This document shows positions 1 through 11,571 of a DNA stretch of 64,000 nt, in pieces. The notes under the pieces are model-generated. The model saw only the letters and a list, made by a program, of their open reading frames with translations, was not told the origin of the DNA and searched no databases. The translations under genes and the position numbers were made by a program. The stretch's first letter is position 1. Each line of letters begins with the position of its first letter. The stretch lies in NCBI RefSeq assembly GCF_021028975.2, contig NC_059436.1, positions 27,466,001 to 27,530,000 on the forward strand, read 5' to 3'. This stretch comes from Sphaerodactylus townsendi. Lineage: Eukaryota.

Positions 1-80
1 AGGCTTCATGTGGAAGAGCAGAGAGACAAATTCAATTTACCAGATTAGAGCCCACCACTCTTAACCATTATACCATGCTT
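1..80 (-). mobile_element. tRNA-derived SINE head, cut by the window edge
   Basis: ccagattagag...ctcttaaccattatacc is the reverse complement of the head seen at 4503. Confidence 0.6.
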
Positions 81-2055
81 GGTGTTCAGATAAAAAGGTG
101 GCCATCCCTGTTTTGAATGATCATCTGAACGTGTTAGTGCCATTCCAAATAACCGGTACAGAACCTCAGTCCTCAACTAGATTGTATAGTGTAAGTGTTC
201 ACGTGAATAGTCCTTTTAAAATGGTGCTTCTTGCGTACAAAAAAATGTTGGAAATTATATCCTACTCACCTTTCCCAAGTGATGTACGTTAAATGGGTAT
301 TGTTAATCAAACCATTATTAAATCGAGACAATACTATTATAGTCAAATCCCTCAAGACTAGATACATGACATGACATTCCTAATTCAGTATTCCTATTAG
401 ATGGGCTAGTTTTCATGGAAATTCAGGAGCTAAACCCACTGGAACAATCAGTACATCTTTGTCCAATAACAGTTTTGGTTTGGCTGATTGAAATGACATT
501 GTAGCCAGCTTTTGAGTGGCACAGAACATTTTGTCAGCCAAAGAACAGAACATCTGCTGAAATACAGCCTGCACTTAACATCACATTTATGAGTTTCAAA
601 GGATGGTAATAAATAATAATTTATTATTATGTTGTTATCCCTGTAGTATTTGGGGGGGGGGGGCATGCCATTTGAATGTTGTGCTTCCTGCACCAAAATT
701 TCTTGGGGCCACAACTTTCACAATCTTGCTGCACTAACTAGTCAAGCATTTCATCTGAAACATTTGGAATTGCAGCTGCTATATTAAGAAGCAATTCCAT
801 CTGCGGTGTACGTGTGTGAGGACTCACTTAAGACAGGCTTTTGACAATTCTGCCTTCAGAGAACCATTTCCAAATCGACACATCTGCCAGTGAACTCCTA
901 TGTATCTACCATGGAACTCTAGTGCAAGAGCCCGTAACAGATAAATTGCAAATTATCAGTAGGTTATAGGCTGCTGAGGGTTTGCTTGTGCAGCCCCTAC
1001 AAAATCCATAATAAGATCATGAGAAGGAATGTTCTTGCAAAACCAAACAGACACAGGAAGGCTCTGTCAACTCACTTGATATTCTTATATTCACGAATAT
1101 TTATAACAATATTTTAGACATGAGAGATATTTCTGTTACTCAGAATGAGCTCTTACTGAAAAGTTTGCAGACGTTTACTGTGGCGCATTGGGCTGGAGCC
1201 CATGGAAGAAAGCCCCCCCCCCCCACACAAAGGATGAGGCTATTTTTATTGCTCCCCTCCCCCCACCCCCACAGCTGAACTCCCCTGCCACTCTGCTCTT
1301 AGAGGTCTCCTGTCTACCAAGAGCAGCATTTGGAGGGGGAGGGAAGTCCCCCTCTGTGCACAGAATTTGGTGGGATCCAGGCCACTGTGTCCCAGAGTAT
1401 TCTGCATAGTGGATCAGACTGGGCCTCTCTGTAGACCCATCTGAAAGGGCATCACTGCTTCAAAAACACCCATAACTGTCCCATAATTGCTCCATGCAGG
1501 GGAAAGGTGGTGGGCAAGCTGCTTCTAAGGAAATTTGACCACTGTTAGTGCCTTCTCATGAAGGAGGCTCATGAAGGAGGCTCTCTGGGGCACCCTAGAA
1601 TAGAGTTGGAAAACAACTTTCCTTTACAGAATACAGATGAACTATTTAAGATTTCTCAGTTTCACTGAGTGACACATCCCCCTAAATGAGTTCGTTTTCT
1701 GCACAAAATCTCAGTTACAGTCTCCATATATTTCACCTAAATTACCTAACAAGCTTCCAAAGCTCCTACGGAGGGGCGTCTTAGGACAGCAAAGACCACA
1801 ACATGCAATCCTCCAATAGTCTGAGTCATCCCCTATCTCTGCCATCAGTGTCTATACTTGACCTACAGGCCATCTGACAAAAAGCAAGGTGCCCCAATTT
1901 CCGATGATCCCTGACAAGAGTAAAGCGTGGGGGTAGGAGGTGAAGGTACCACAAGATCTGAAAATGTCTTAGTAGCCGAAACATACTCTGCCTTGCCCAG
2001 GGCTGGAGAAGGAGGTTTCTTTGCTGTTTGAAGGCACTGCATGGACTCCTGGCAG

Positions 2056-3150
2056 TCAGGCATTGGTTCCTCCACTTTGGAGTGAGGCCTTGGAGATCTC
2101 AGTGCTGACAGTGGAGAGGGGGAAACTCTCATACTTGTCCTTCTCACTATTGCAGCTGCAGCGATACAGCAAGGCCTTGACCTCCTTCTGGAAATTGCTG
2201 TTGAGGAACCCGTAAATGATGGGATTGATGCAAGTAGAAGCCATGGCTGTGAGATGACAGAGAGAGAAGATGAAGTTGTGGTAGCACACAGAGATTTTCT
2301 CGTGGTCCCAGTCATAGAGGGCATTGAAGACCGTGAGGGGAAGCCAACAAGCGGCAAAAGCAACAACGATGCAGGCCAACATGATGTTGACCCTCTTGTG
2401 GCTAGTGGCCCGGGAGCCGTCCTTGGCCCGTTCCACCATGTCCTTGCGGCGTTGAAGACGTAAGAAGATGCGGAAATAGCAGGCCATGATCAGGATTAGA
2501 GGCAGGCAGTACTGGAAAAGGAAGAGGAAGATGGTGTAGGCCAGGCGGTGATGGTTGGATGGCCAGCTCTCGATGCAGATCATGTGGTCATCAAAGTTAC
2601 CAAAGGAGAGGTTGAGGTTCTGAAAGGGTTGGGTCAGTATGTTAAAGGAGAGAAAGGGCAATGAAATGAAGCAGGCTACTACCCAGGTAAGGGCTACTGC
2701 AAGATAGGCATGGTTCGCTGCTGGCTTCCACCCGGTAGGGTTGATAATGAGCTGGTGCCTCTCCAGGGCAATCCAGACAAGGGAGAGGATGGAGACAGTG
2801 ACAGAAATGCACTGGACGAAGGGGCTGGCCTTGCAGAGCACTTCTCCTAGGATCCAGCGGTCCATCAAGGTGTAAATGACAGTGATGGGCATGCAGACAA
2901 GCGACATGAGGATGTCAGAGCAGGAGAGGTTGGCAATGAAGATATTGGTGACATTCCTCATCTCCTTTTGTTGGATGATGACGCAGACTAGGCAGAGGTT
3001 CCCAATCAGCCCCACAGCTATGAGTGTGCTGTAGGCCACTATCAGGAAGGTGCCATTCCCCACAGAGTCACTGCTGCACACTTCTGTTTCCTCCAGCCGA
3101 CTCAATAGCTCAGACAAGTTCAAGTACAGGAGATTCCTCAGCTGGCCCAT
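2056..3150 (-). CDS. NPY8R: Neuropeptide Y receptor, Y1 subfamily, Y8-type (364 aa, single coding exon)
   Basis: Intact 7TM ORF with Kozak gccATGg and an in-frame TGA upstream. Class A motifs GN, LSxSD, ERH (as in Y1-subfamily receptors), CWLP and NPIIY; Asp6.59 (ALYDWD); C-tail [12 protein letters not shown]. Segments [41 protein letters not shown] and [17 protein letters not shown] match teleost Y8 as I recall it. No coding intron, unlike Y1. Confidence 0.88.
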   Translation of the reverse strand: MGQLRNLLYLNLSELLSRLEETEVCSSDSVGNGTFLIVAYSTLIAVGLIGNLCLVCVIIQQKEMRNVTNIFIANLSCSDILMSLVCMPITVIYTLMDRWILGEVLCKASPFVQCISVTVSILSLVWIALERHQLIINPTGWKPAANHAYLAVALTWVVACFISLPFLSFNILTQPFQNLNLSFGNFDDHMICIESWPSNHHRLAYTIFLFLFQYCLPLILIMACYFRIFLRLQRRKDMVERAKDGSRATSHKRVNIMLACIVVAFAACWLPLTVFNALYDWDHEKISVCYHNFIFSLCHLTAMASTCINPIIYGFLNSNFQKEVKALLYRCSCNSEKDKYESFPLSTVSTEISKASLQSGGTNA

Positions 3151-3579
3151 GGCACTTTCCTCTCCTGCAAGAGTAGGAGGGCAGTTCTTCTCTGGAGTCG
3201 GCTGTGAACAATGCTGGCAGTGGCTGTATAGCTTTGCTGAACGTCCACGTTGTTGTGCTCACCCCGGAACCGGCCCTGCATCAAGGAAGAAGATGCACAG
3301 GGATTAGGAGACATTTGCAGAACTTTCTGCGCACATATATTTTATTTATTTATTTGTTCTACTTGATATACTGCCCAACCCCCGAAGGGCTCTATTGGTC
3401 TTGTGCTTAAATGATCCCACCCTATCTTAGAGGCTCGAGGTTAACTGAGAATACCGCTCTGTAAGTGGAGTTACACCTATCCGCTGATTACCATTTATGG
3501 TAAAGACACATTTTGGCTGCAATCCTGAGAACACTATCCTGACAGTAAGGCCCAGTGAAAAAAATAGGATTTGCTTCTA

Positions 3580-3911
3580 AGAAGAATAAGAGGAGGAGAA
3601 AGAAGAGGAGGAGGAAGAGGAGGAGGAGTTGGATTTATATCCCACCTTTCTCTCCTGTAAGGAGACTCAAGGTGGCTTACAAGCTCCTTTCCCTTCCTCT
3701 CCCCACAACAGACACCTTGTGAGGTCGGTGGGGCTGAGAGAGTTCCGAAGAACTGTGACTAGTCCAAGGTCACCGAGCAGGAATGCAGGAGTGCAGAAAC
3801 ACATCTGGTTCACCAGATAAGCCTCCGCCACTCAGATGGAGGAGTGGGGAATCCAACCCGCTTTTCCAGATTAGAAACCACCAGCTCTTAACCACTACGC
3901 CACGCTGGCCA
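3580..3911 (-). mobile_element. Full-length tRNA-derived SINE (Squam3-like) with simple-repeat tail
   Basis: Pol III A/B boxes; roughly 90% identical by eye to the copy at 4503-4797; (GAA/GAG)n tail at 3580-3628. Confidence 0.8.
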
Positions 3912-4091
3912 GCTCCTTCATCCTGCTTAGGCTTGTTCCCTTTAAGAGCAGGTTCTTCCCCCTCAGTGAAGCACAGTCCCCATTCATTTCAATGGCTCAG
4001 TCAATTGTTCTGCTGATTTATGAACTTTTTCCAGACAAGACTATTTTTTCCCTTTTACCCAATAGAGTTGCGCTCGTTATGCATCCGTGAG

Positions 4092-4356
4092 AACCAGAGT
4101 GGTGTAGTGGTTAACGAGTCGGACTAGGAACCTGAGAAACCAAGGTTCAAATCCCCACTCACGCCACTGAAGCTTGCAGGGTACCTTTGGGCCAGCCACA
4201 CAATCTCACCCTGATCCTGGCTAGTATATGGATGGCAAAGCGCCAAGGAACACCATGGTCGTGATTTGGAGGCAGGCAATGGCAAACCACCTCTGAACAG
4301 TCTCTGGCCTTTAACACCCTCAGGGTTGCCATCACTCAGCTGAGACTTGACAGCAA
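4092..4356 (+). mobile_element. Composite SINE: tRNA head + 5S-like segment + Sauria/RTE-type tail
   Basis: gtggtgtagtggttaa..ggttcaaatccc; then cctggctagtatatggatgg (5S-like); then ggcaatggcaaaccacctctg..gggttgccat..gacttgacagca. Confidence 0.6.
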
Positions 4357-4502
4357 AAAAACCCCCCAGGCATCCATATTCTATAGCTCTGTAAACAGTT
4401 GCTCTCCTGTGATTAATATCTGTTGTCGTGGCTCCTGATATTAGTCCTGCACGAAGGGCTGTCATAAAAGGTATATCATGTTTTTTGCAACAATACTTAG
4501 TC

Positions 4503-4797
4503 ACTGGTGTAGTGGTTAAGAGCAAGTGGATTCTAATCTAATCTGGAGAACCGGGTTTGATTCCCCACTCCTCCACCTGAGTGACAGAGGCTTATCTGGT
4601 GAACCAGATGTGTTTCTGCACTCCTACATTCCTACTGGGTGATTGTGGGCTAGTCACAGTTCTTCAGAACTCTCTCAGCCCCACCTATCTCGCAAGGTGT
4701 CTGTTGTGGGAAGAGGAAGGGAAAGGAGTTTGTAAGCCACCTTGAGTCTCCTTACAGGAGAGAAAGGTGGGATATAAATCCAAACTCCTTTTCTTCT
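4503..4797 (+). mobile_element. Full-length tRNA-derived SINE (Squam3-like)
   Basis: tggtgtagtggttaagagc..gggtttgattcccc..ggatataaatccaaactc; inverted partner of 3580-3911. Confidence 0.8.
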
Positions 4798-6199
4798 CCC
4801 CACCCCATCCAACACATCAGCTGTGATGATAATACAGTTCTACTAATAGCTGATGAAGCTAAAATCTCATGATTTGTTCATTTAAAAAAAGAATCTTACA
4901 GGTGGGACTAGATTTTCTTAATAATGCAATGCAGATGCCTTCCAAATAAGTCCACAAAAGATAACATCAAAGATAACATTAGTTTGCTAGCCTGCCTGCT
5001 TTGTGAGAGGCATTCATACAGCTGCAAGGGGACTCTTTCACTTACCAGGAAAGTTCTTGCTGCCTTGGACAGGTGCTGATAGCCAGGAGCAAGCTGAACC
5101 TGGGCTTGGTAGAATCGCCAGAGGCTAGGACGTGGCTGGTAGCAGTGCTCGGCTGCTACTGGCATGGGCGGAGGTGACCAGCGAGCCTATGTGTCATCAT
5201 CACTACCATAGCCCAGACCTGAATTAAGCAATCAGCACTTTAGGGACCACTCAACTCAGCCTACTCCTGGGCTGTTTGAATCCACCCCTGTATTTACTTG
5301 CAGCGCATCAGACCCCTGCAAGAAAAAACAGAATAAACTCCCTTCCTGTCTGTACCTTCTGTATCTGGTCACTTGGAGGAGTTCCTTATTCTTCATCACA
5401 GGTGAGCAGCTCTTTACAAAGCTACATACTATGGAGACATAAATGTCACAGGTAGCTACTGTGTGGTCCACTCCTCAGCAGCAAGTCGCACCAGCTCTGT
5501 CCTCTCCACAGACCTTTGCGCCTGCTGCCTTGAATGCAGTTTTGAGAGTACTTATTAATTCTAGCAGCACCGTTGCCTCCTCACCAGTGAAATACAGGAT
5601 GCTCCCGAATTATTATTCTTTTAAGAGAGCGAAGTCCAACAAAATTCCCCCCTTTTCCTGCCTCCACCGTTTTTGGGAGCTTTTGCACCCCTCCCCCCCC
5701 TCCAGCACTGCAGTTCACACCCCACCCTTTGAAGCTGCAAAGGACTTTTCCTCCATCCTCTTGTAGGATGATGACTCTAGCTGCTTCGAACAGGCAAAGG
5801 AAAGGGTGAAAGGGCGCAAAGTACAATTTCGGCTTGGCACCGTCTTGTAACTGACTGGCCTTGGAGTTCACTGCTGGGCGGCAGGTTTCTTTCTCTCCAC
5901 CCCATGGCCTCTACCAACCAGTGCCCAGATGGGTATGTTGCTGTGTGGCAGACCTCTTGACACGTACGTTTTCTGGAGTTGGTCTCAATTCCTCAGCTCA
6001 GCACCCGTTTTAGGACTGGAAGAAACTGGGGCACCCCCGGGGCGGGGCGGGGGGGGGGGTTGGCAACACGGAAAACGCATATTACATAACTTACAGAGAT
6101 GTTGCCACAAGGGGAAAAGTGGGAATGGCACTGATCCCTCAAACGGATGGGCAGATGAGATGGATGGACGAAAGCCAGGGCTCAGGACAGGTAGATGGT

Positions 6200-6930
6200 G
6201 CGCACCTCCCCAAACACACACGCACGCACACACGCCCCCCCCCCTCACCTAAGATCCAGCACTGGTTCCTAGCCCAGAGCGTGACATCAGGTCCAGACCT
6301 CGCTCTCTCGTCCTCCCTGCAAGACGGATCTGCTCGGAATGCTGTTGGCGCGGCTGCTTCTCCCGCACACCTTCCCGGTGCACGTGAGCGCGTCTGCCAG
6401 GTCCGGGTCCCTCCTTCTGCTTTTTCTTCCACGCCCCCTGCAGCTCCGGATTGGGGAGAAGGGGAGAGGGGGGCAGCAGAAGAAATGCCTTCAGAATGAA
6501 CAGGAAAGCCCCCCCCCCCCCTTCAGTCCTTCCCGCAGCTCCGCCCCTGGGCGGAGAGTGGGCCGGCTGGGGCTTCCACGGCGCCAGGCGCTCGGCTCCT
6601 GCAGAGGGGGGCGTTTGGCGCACGTGGGTACCGCTCCCGTCTCCCGCGACGCCAGGCGCCCGCGGGGAGCGCACGTGAAATGGAGAGGAGGGGGCGGAGT
6701 GGCTGCCTCATGCGGGGGCGGGGGCGGGGGCGCCCCAGATCCAGGCCGGCACATCGCAGTGGGCGCGCGGCGCGAATGGTGACTGGCCCCGGGTGCGCAA
6801 GTGAGCCCCTTGGTGGCCCAGGGAGGGGACATTTTTGCACCGAACAAGATGCTGCAAAATCCTCCTCGCGCTTCGCAAGGCGAGAGAGCGCAGTCTCCTT
6901 TGGAGAGGCATCTAGAGTGGCGCGGGAGCT
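6200..6930. promoter_or_regulatory. CpG island, likely NPY8R promoter
   Basis: Dense CpG and GC content; GC boxes near 6691-6730; CACGTG at 6381, 6621 and 6672; TGACATCA at 6282. Confidence 0.7.
6249..6600 (-). other. NPY8R: Probable untranslated exon 1 of the NPY receptor gene (5' end approximate)
   Basis: Strong donor TAG|GTGAGG at 6249/6248 inside the CpG island. Candidate acceptor tcttcttccttgatgcag|G at 3276/3275, alternative at 3165/3164. Confidence 0.5.
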
Positions 6931-7509
6931 CCTTTCTCTGGTGCAGTTCCATCCATACCGCGATACTCTGTGTTTGGGTATGAATGCTTGTGCTCCTAGT
7001 TATTCCCGTGGTCTCCCCACATCATTCCCTTCGGGGTGTCTCTCTGCAGTGGTCCCTCTGCCGTTATGTTCTGCTCACCTGGGCCCTTTGCTTGTCTCCC
7101 TCCCTCCCTGTGGCTTGCACATGGCAGCTCCTGGGCGAAGTTGCTTGCAGGTGTTTCACACAGAGATGCTCATTACTCCGTGACGCCTGGCAGTTCACAC
7201 GTGCATCCCTATGGCATGATTCCTCCTTGCTGGACCGACTCATGGAGGGATGCCCTGGGAAGACAGCCGGGCAGCTCTGGCTGCAGAAGCGCGCTTTGGA
7301 AGGCTCGTGGCTATCACTGGACGTTTGGTACCAGCTTCAGCCTCTCCCCCTGAACTTAAAAGGCACTTGTCTTTAGTTGAATGGTCCCGTTTCTTGTCTG
7401 AAATGATGCAGATTGGCATTAAAAGTGTAATGACTCATTCAGAGGCGTCAACTTCTGTGATCCTTGCTGATATCAATGAAAGTAGCTTGGAAGACAGCAG
7501 AGGGAAAGA

Positions 7510-7740
7510 ATAGATTAATAAAAGAACAGAGTTGGAAGGGACCCCAAGGGCCATCAAGTCCAACCCCCTGCAATGCAGGAACACATAATCAAAGCACTCT
7601 GAGTCCTGACAGGTGGCCATCCAACCTCTCTTTTAAAACCTCCAAAGAAGGAGACTCTACCAGAGGTAGTGCATTCCACTGTTGAACAGTCCTTCCTTTT
7701 AGGAAGCTTTTCCTGATGTTTATGTGGAGTTAGGTACTTG
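7510..7740 (-). mobile_element. CR1 LINE 3' end
   Basis: agagttggaagggacc..gccatcaagtccaacccc..ttccactgttgaacag..aggaagcttttcctgatgtt is a typical antisense CR1 terminus. Confidence 0.75.
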
Positions 7741-8105
7741 CTTCTCCCTCCCACCTATTGCCTTCCCCGTTGAAACTACAGCCCCTGCAATTGTAAAAGA
7801 AAAAAGGTACCAGGGAAAAGGGGGCCTGGGACTATGCATGCATGCTGCCCCAAATGTTGCACATGTGCAGACGGCCTTTCGCTTGCTTAATGTTCTTGTG
7901 TTTGCAACTGAAATGTGCAAACTGTCTCCACTGAAAAATGTTACTTTTGTGGTGAGGTGCAGCAACAGGAAAGCTCTTTCTGCAATTTTCTTGGTCTTCA
8001 GTGGGTGTTTTCAGCATGCAGAGAATGCAGTTGCTGATAAATCAGCAGTCCTGCAGGCCATGGGCAAAGAACATTCAAAAGTGATAAGTCTGAACACTTC
8101 TGCAG

Positions 8106-8276
8106 TGGAGTGTTGGGGGTTTCTGGGCTGTATGGCCGTGCTCCAGTAGCATTTTCTCCGGACGCTTCGCCTGCATCTGAAACATCAGGAGAAAATGCTA
8201 CTGGAACACAGCCATACAGCCCAGACACCCCACAACACTCCAGTGATTCTGGCCGTGAAAGCCTTCGACAATACAT
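8106..8276. mobile_element. Penelope-like element remnant forming a ~63-bp inverted repeat
   Basis: Arms 8106-8168 and 8179-8242 are reverse complements; tail gtgattctggccgtgaaagccttcgacaataca. Confidence 0.65.
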
Positions 8277-9070
8277 TTCTGCAGTGCTTTAGCGTGTTCA
8301 GTCCAATGCACGTATATTATCTCAGCCACAAGAACTCCATAATGTGAGTCAGTATTACTGCCCCCATATTGCTAACAAGCAGTTGAGGCATTGTTTAGAA
8401 GGAGGCAATAGTTATTTGGGGATTTGGAGAAGGTGGTTCAAAGGAGGGGCTGCTAATCATGGTGTGAATGTTCATCTCATCTCACGTTCTGTCAGGATTG
8501 TGCAGGCTTTGGTATTGTTTAACTTTCTACGCTCTTTTAAAACTATTATTTGCCTCAAACATAAGGTGGTTCCAGCCTTTGACCTTTCTGTGCTTTTGAA
8601 GGATTTTCCCCCCACATTCAGTTGCTAGCAGAATTGAAATGGTAGTTGTACATGGCATTTAATGTAGTTCTACATATCCAGTAAAAATCTGTCACTGTGG
8701 GAAGGGTTCTGTTATACATCTATGTTGAAGTAAGTCTCCTTCAGTGTCAGCAAAGATTCCGCTTCGTCCCCTGCAATTTTTCTTTCACTATTTGGTTTTG
8801 AGGACAGTTGTGAATCAGTGATTTATTAACAGTCCTGGTATCCCTTGACCAGACAGAGGATTAGATATAAGGAGGGGTATTTATTTATTTTTGCTTTGTA
8901 GTTAGTCTAACTGTCTGCTAACTGTCGGTATATTTTATTTTATTTTTCATTATCAGGATTGCCTGATCGCAAAGCAACAATATTGTTTGCTTAAAAAAAA
9001 TTATCAGGGGCTTTGGCTGTTGGTCGTACTTGAGCTTACATTCCCCTTCTCCATTATGAACGGATAAGCT

Positions 9071-9230
9071 TGTGTGGGTGTGTAAAGTGCCGTCACCACG
9101 TTGCAGCCGACTTATGGCAACCCCAACAGGGGGCTTTCAAGGCAAGTGGGAAGCAGACGTGCTTTTCCAGTGAGTTCCTCTACAAAGTCTTCCTTGGTGG
9201 CTGCCCTTCCAAGCACTCGCCCTGCTTGCT
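9071..9230 (-). mobile_element. 5S-derived SINE with Sauria/RTE-type tail (degenerate)
   Basis: Minus strand reads aagcagggcgagtgcttggaagggcagccacc..ggggttgccataagtcggctg..gacggcactttacaca. Confidence 0.55.
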
Positions 9231-10477
9231 TATTTACTTTTTGTTTATTTGTTTATAATTTGGATGTATTAAACTGCCTACCTCCCAAAAGGCTCTGGGC
9301 AGTGTACAATAAAAACTTCACTTAAAATACAACATAAAATCTCTTTAAAAGAGATTTGCATTTTTAATCAGTTTGTATTTGATTTGGCACAGCGATCGAA
9401 TAATAATATAGAAAAAAGACAAAGCTCCACCATCAATGTAGAAACAGCTGAGACTTGCGTTGGTGCTAGCATATCCATCCAAGGAAGCTGGAAGCATGGA
9501 GTTGCCAGGTTTGTCCTGAAGTTTCAAGATTTTTAGTTACTTCTTATGGGTTCCAGAAGGAGGAACAGCATTTTGTAGTTAGGGGACAAAATCAGAGGCA
9601 AGCTTCGTGCATGATTTTTGACATCTACCCCATAATTCATGTCTGAATCAAGCTTCACCCAAGTAAAGTCAGACTCTTCCCTTGACTGTCCTTTGTGCTA
9701 ACCAGGTGCACATAAGTTTTGCCTGTAGCTTACCAGTCTCCACTTCTGATCTGCTTGTCGTTCCCAATTTCTGCTTTTCAATTCTGCATATTGGAGAAGA
9801 TAGTGGGGCGTGAGTCATCACATTTCTGACAACTTTGGTTTTTTTAGGGGGGGGCAGCAGTTTAGGGAAGAAGCACAAGAAGGGGGTGTTTAACTCCTTT
9901 GCTGATTTCCGGGTCTAAATCACACCTCCAACACAGCTATTTTTTAAAATATAGGTGCCATACATATGTTCTTAGTAGGGGGGTGTTCACTATGACAACA
10001 CTCCTTGGCATCTATATCAAGTATTCAAAGCACTTCACCAGCGTTATCTTAATAGAGTTGCTAAGCCTTTGCAAGCCACAGTTCCTGTCCCTAACAGTCA
10101 TTTGATGTGCAGACATTAGAAAGAGATGATGCTTATCTTAGTGCCACAAAAAGCTGATTGTGGCAGATAATGGTCGATAATGGTCACCTGTAGAAGGGAA
10201 AGCTGGACCAGTCCCCCCACCCCCCACCGGTAAGATGGCATACCAGTTCCTAGTACTCTTTACATTAGCCCTGCCTAATATTATTATCCACTCAAGGTAG
10301 GGGCATGGGGAATAAGAGCAATTTGTTCTAAGGCAGTCGGCATAAGTTTGAGAAACCCCACCTTTGCATCCTTGGAATCCAGGTAAGGTTGCCATGGAAA
10401 TAGAGTCCTGTTAATAGAGTTTTAGTATGCCGTTTAGGCTTTTCATGGCATGAAGGTAAGTAATATAACCTGATAAC

Positions 10478-10669
10478 CAGTGGTGGGATCCAAAAATTTT
10501 AATAACAGGTTCCGATGGTGGTGGGATTCAAACAGTGGCGCTGTCGCACACATGCGCCTCCAGTTCCTATTGGGCAGGGAGGTTGCTTTAGTAACCCCTT
10601 CTCGGCACTCAGAAAAAATTAGTAACCACTTCTAGAGAAGTGGTGAGAACTGGTTGGATCCCACCTCTG
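10478..10669. mobile_element. hAT MITE
   Basis: TIR CAGTGGTGGGATCCA / TGGATCCCACCTCTG; perfect 8-bp TSD CTGATAAC. Confidence 0.85.
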
Positions 10670-11238
10670 CTGATAACTGCTATTAGTCAAACTGATGTCA
10701 AAGGGACCGCTAGTTTAAAGGATGGCAAACCTAGACCACATGAAAGTGAGCAAGGAGCCACACTTGGAGAAGGAAGCTGCATCCACCAGCTGACTAGCAT
10801 GGAGCCAGAGATATGGAAGGAATTTCCTGCCATTCTCTTTGTGGGAGGAAGCCCAGCAGGTAAAGGATGCAGCTTGGCCGGGAAATACATCGCCAGCTGG
10901 AGGCTTGGGAAATTTCTTTAGGGGGACTTTGTCTTCCAAGAAGCCAGGAGGAAGCACAAGCAGTATGCTAATGAGAGACCATATCAAGTTCTTCTGCAAA
11001 GGGATAGATTTAATAGCTTTGAAGGAAATAGACCTAAGGTCTCCCATAGATAGTTTGTGAGCTGCCAATAGCTCACCAGCTGCAGCAGACTAGAAGCCCC
11101 AGCATCCTCTAGAAGACCCAGGAAAAGATCATTTACAGATCTTCCCTATTTTGTGTGGGTGTGTGGGTGGGTGGGTGGGGGGAGTGTTGTTCCTTGACTG
11201 GTCAGCTGATGGATTTGTTTTTGGTGCTCTTCCTAGAA

Positions 11239-11571
11239 CAGGGATGGTGAACCTTTTAGAGACTGAGTGCCAGGGGCGGAGCAAGGGAAAACTCTGTCCA
11301 GGACACATGTGCGCCCTGTGCCCCTGCCAGGCCCTTGTCTGTCCCCGCCCTGCCCTGGAACGTCCCTGGAACACTCCAAAACACACCCGTTACACCCCTG
11401 AAATGCCCTTGCCATGCCCCGCTCGGGCATGTGCCCAGTGCATCGCGCACCCCTCACCCCCTTGGCACTATGCCACTGCCGAGTGGCCAAACTAGGGCAA
11501 CAGCATGTGTGCCCACAAAGAGGGCTCTGAGTGCCACCTCTGGCACATGTGCCGTAGGTTTGCCACCACTG
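11239..11571. mobile_element. hAT non-autonomous element (related to 59007-59516)
   Basis: TIR CAGGGATGGTGAACCT / AGGTTTGCCACCACTG; TSD tcctagaa/tcctagtc. Confidence 0.75.

Noticed and set aside
1863-2366. 167-aa minus-strand ORF overlapping the receptor 3' half
   Set aside because: Alternative frame of the GPCR with Ser/Pro-rich shadow composition; no independent support.
4503-4575. Possible tRNA genes at SINE heads
   Set aside because: Only A/B boxes; they run into SINE bodies and lack a full cloverleaf.
5929-7376. Many overlapping 100-167 aa ORFs
   Set aside because: Expected from stop-codon scarcity in a GC-rich CpG island; no recognisable domains.
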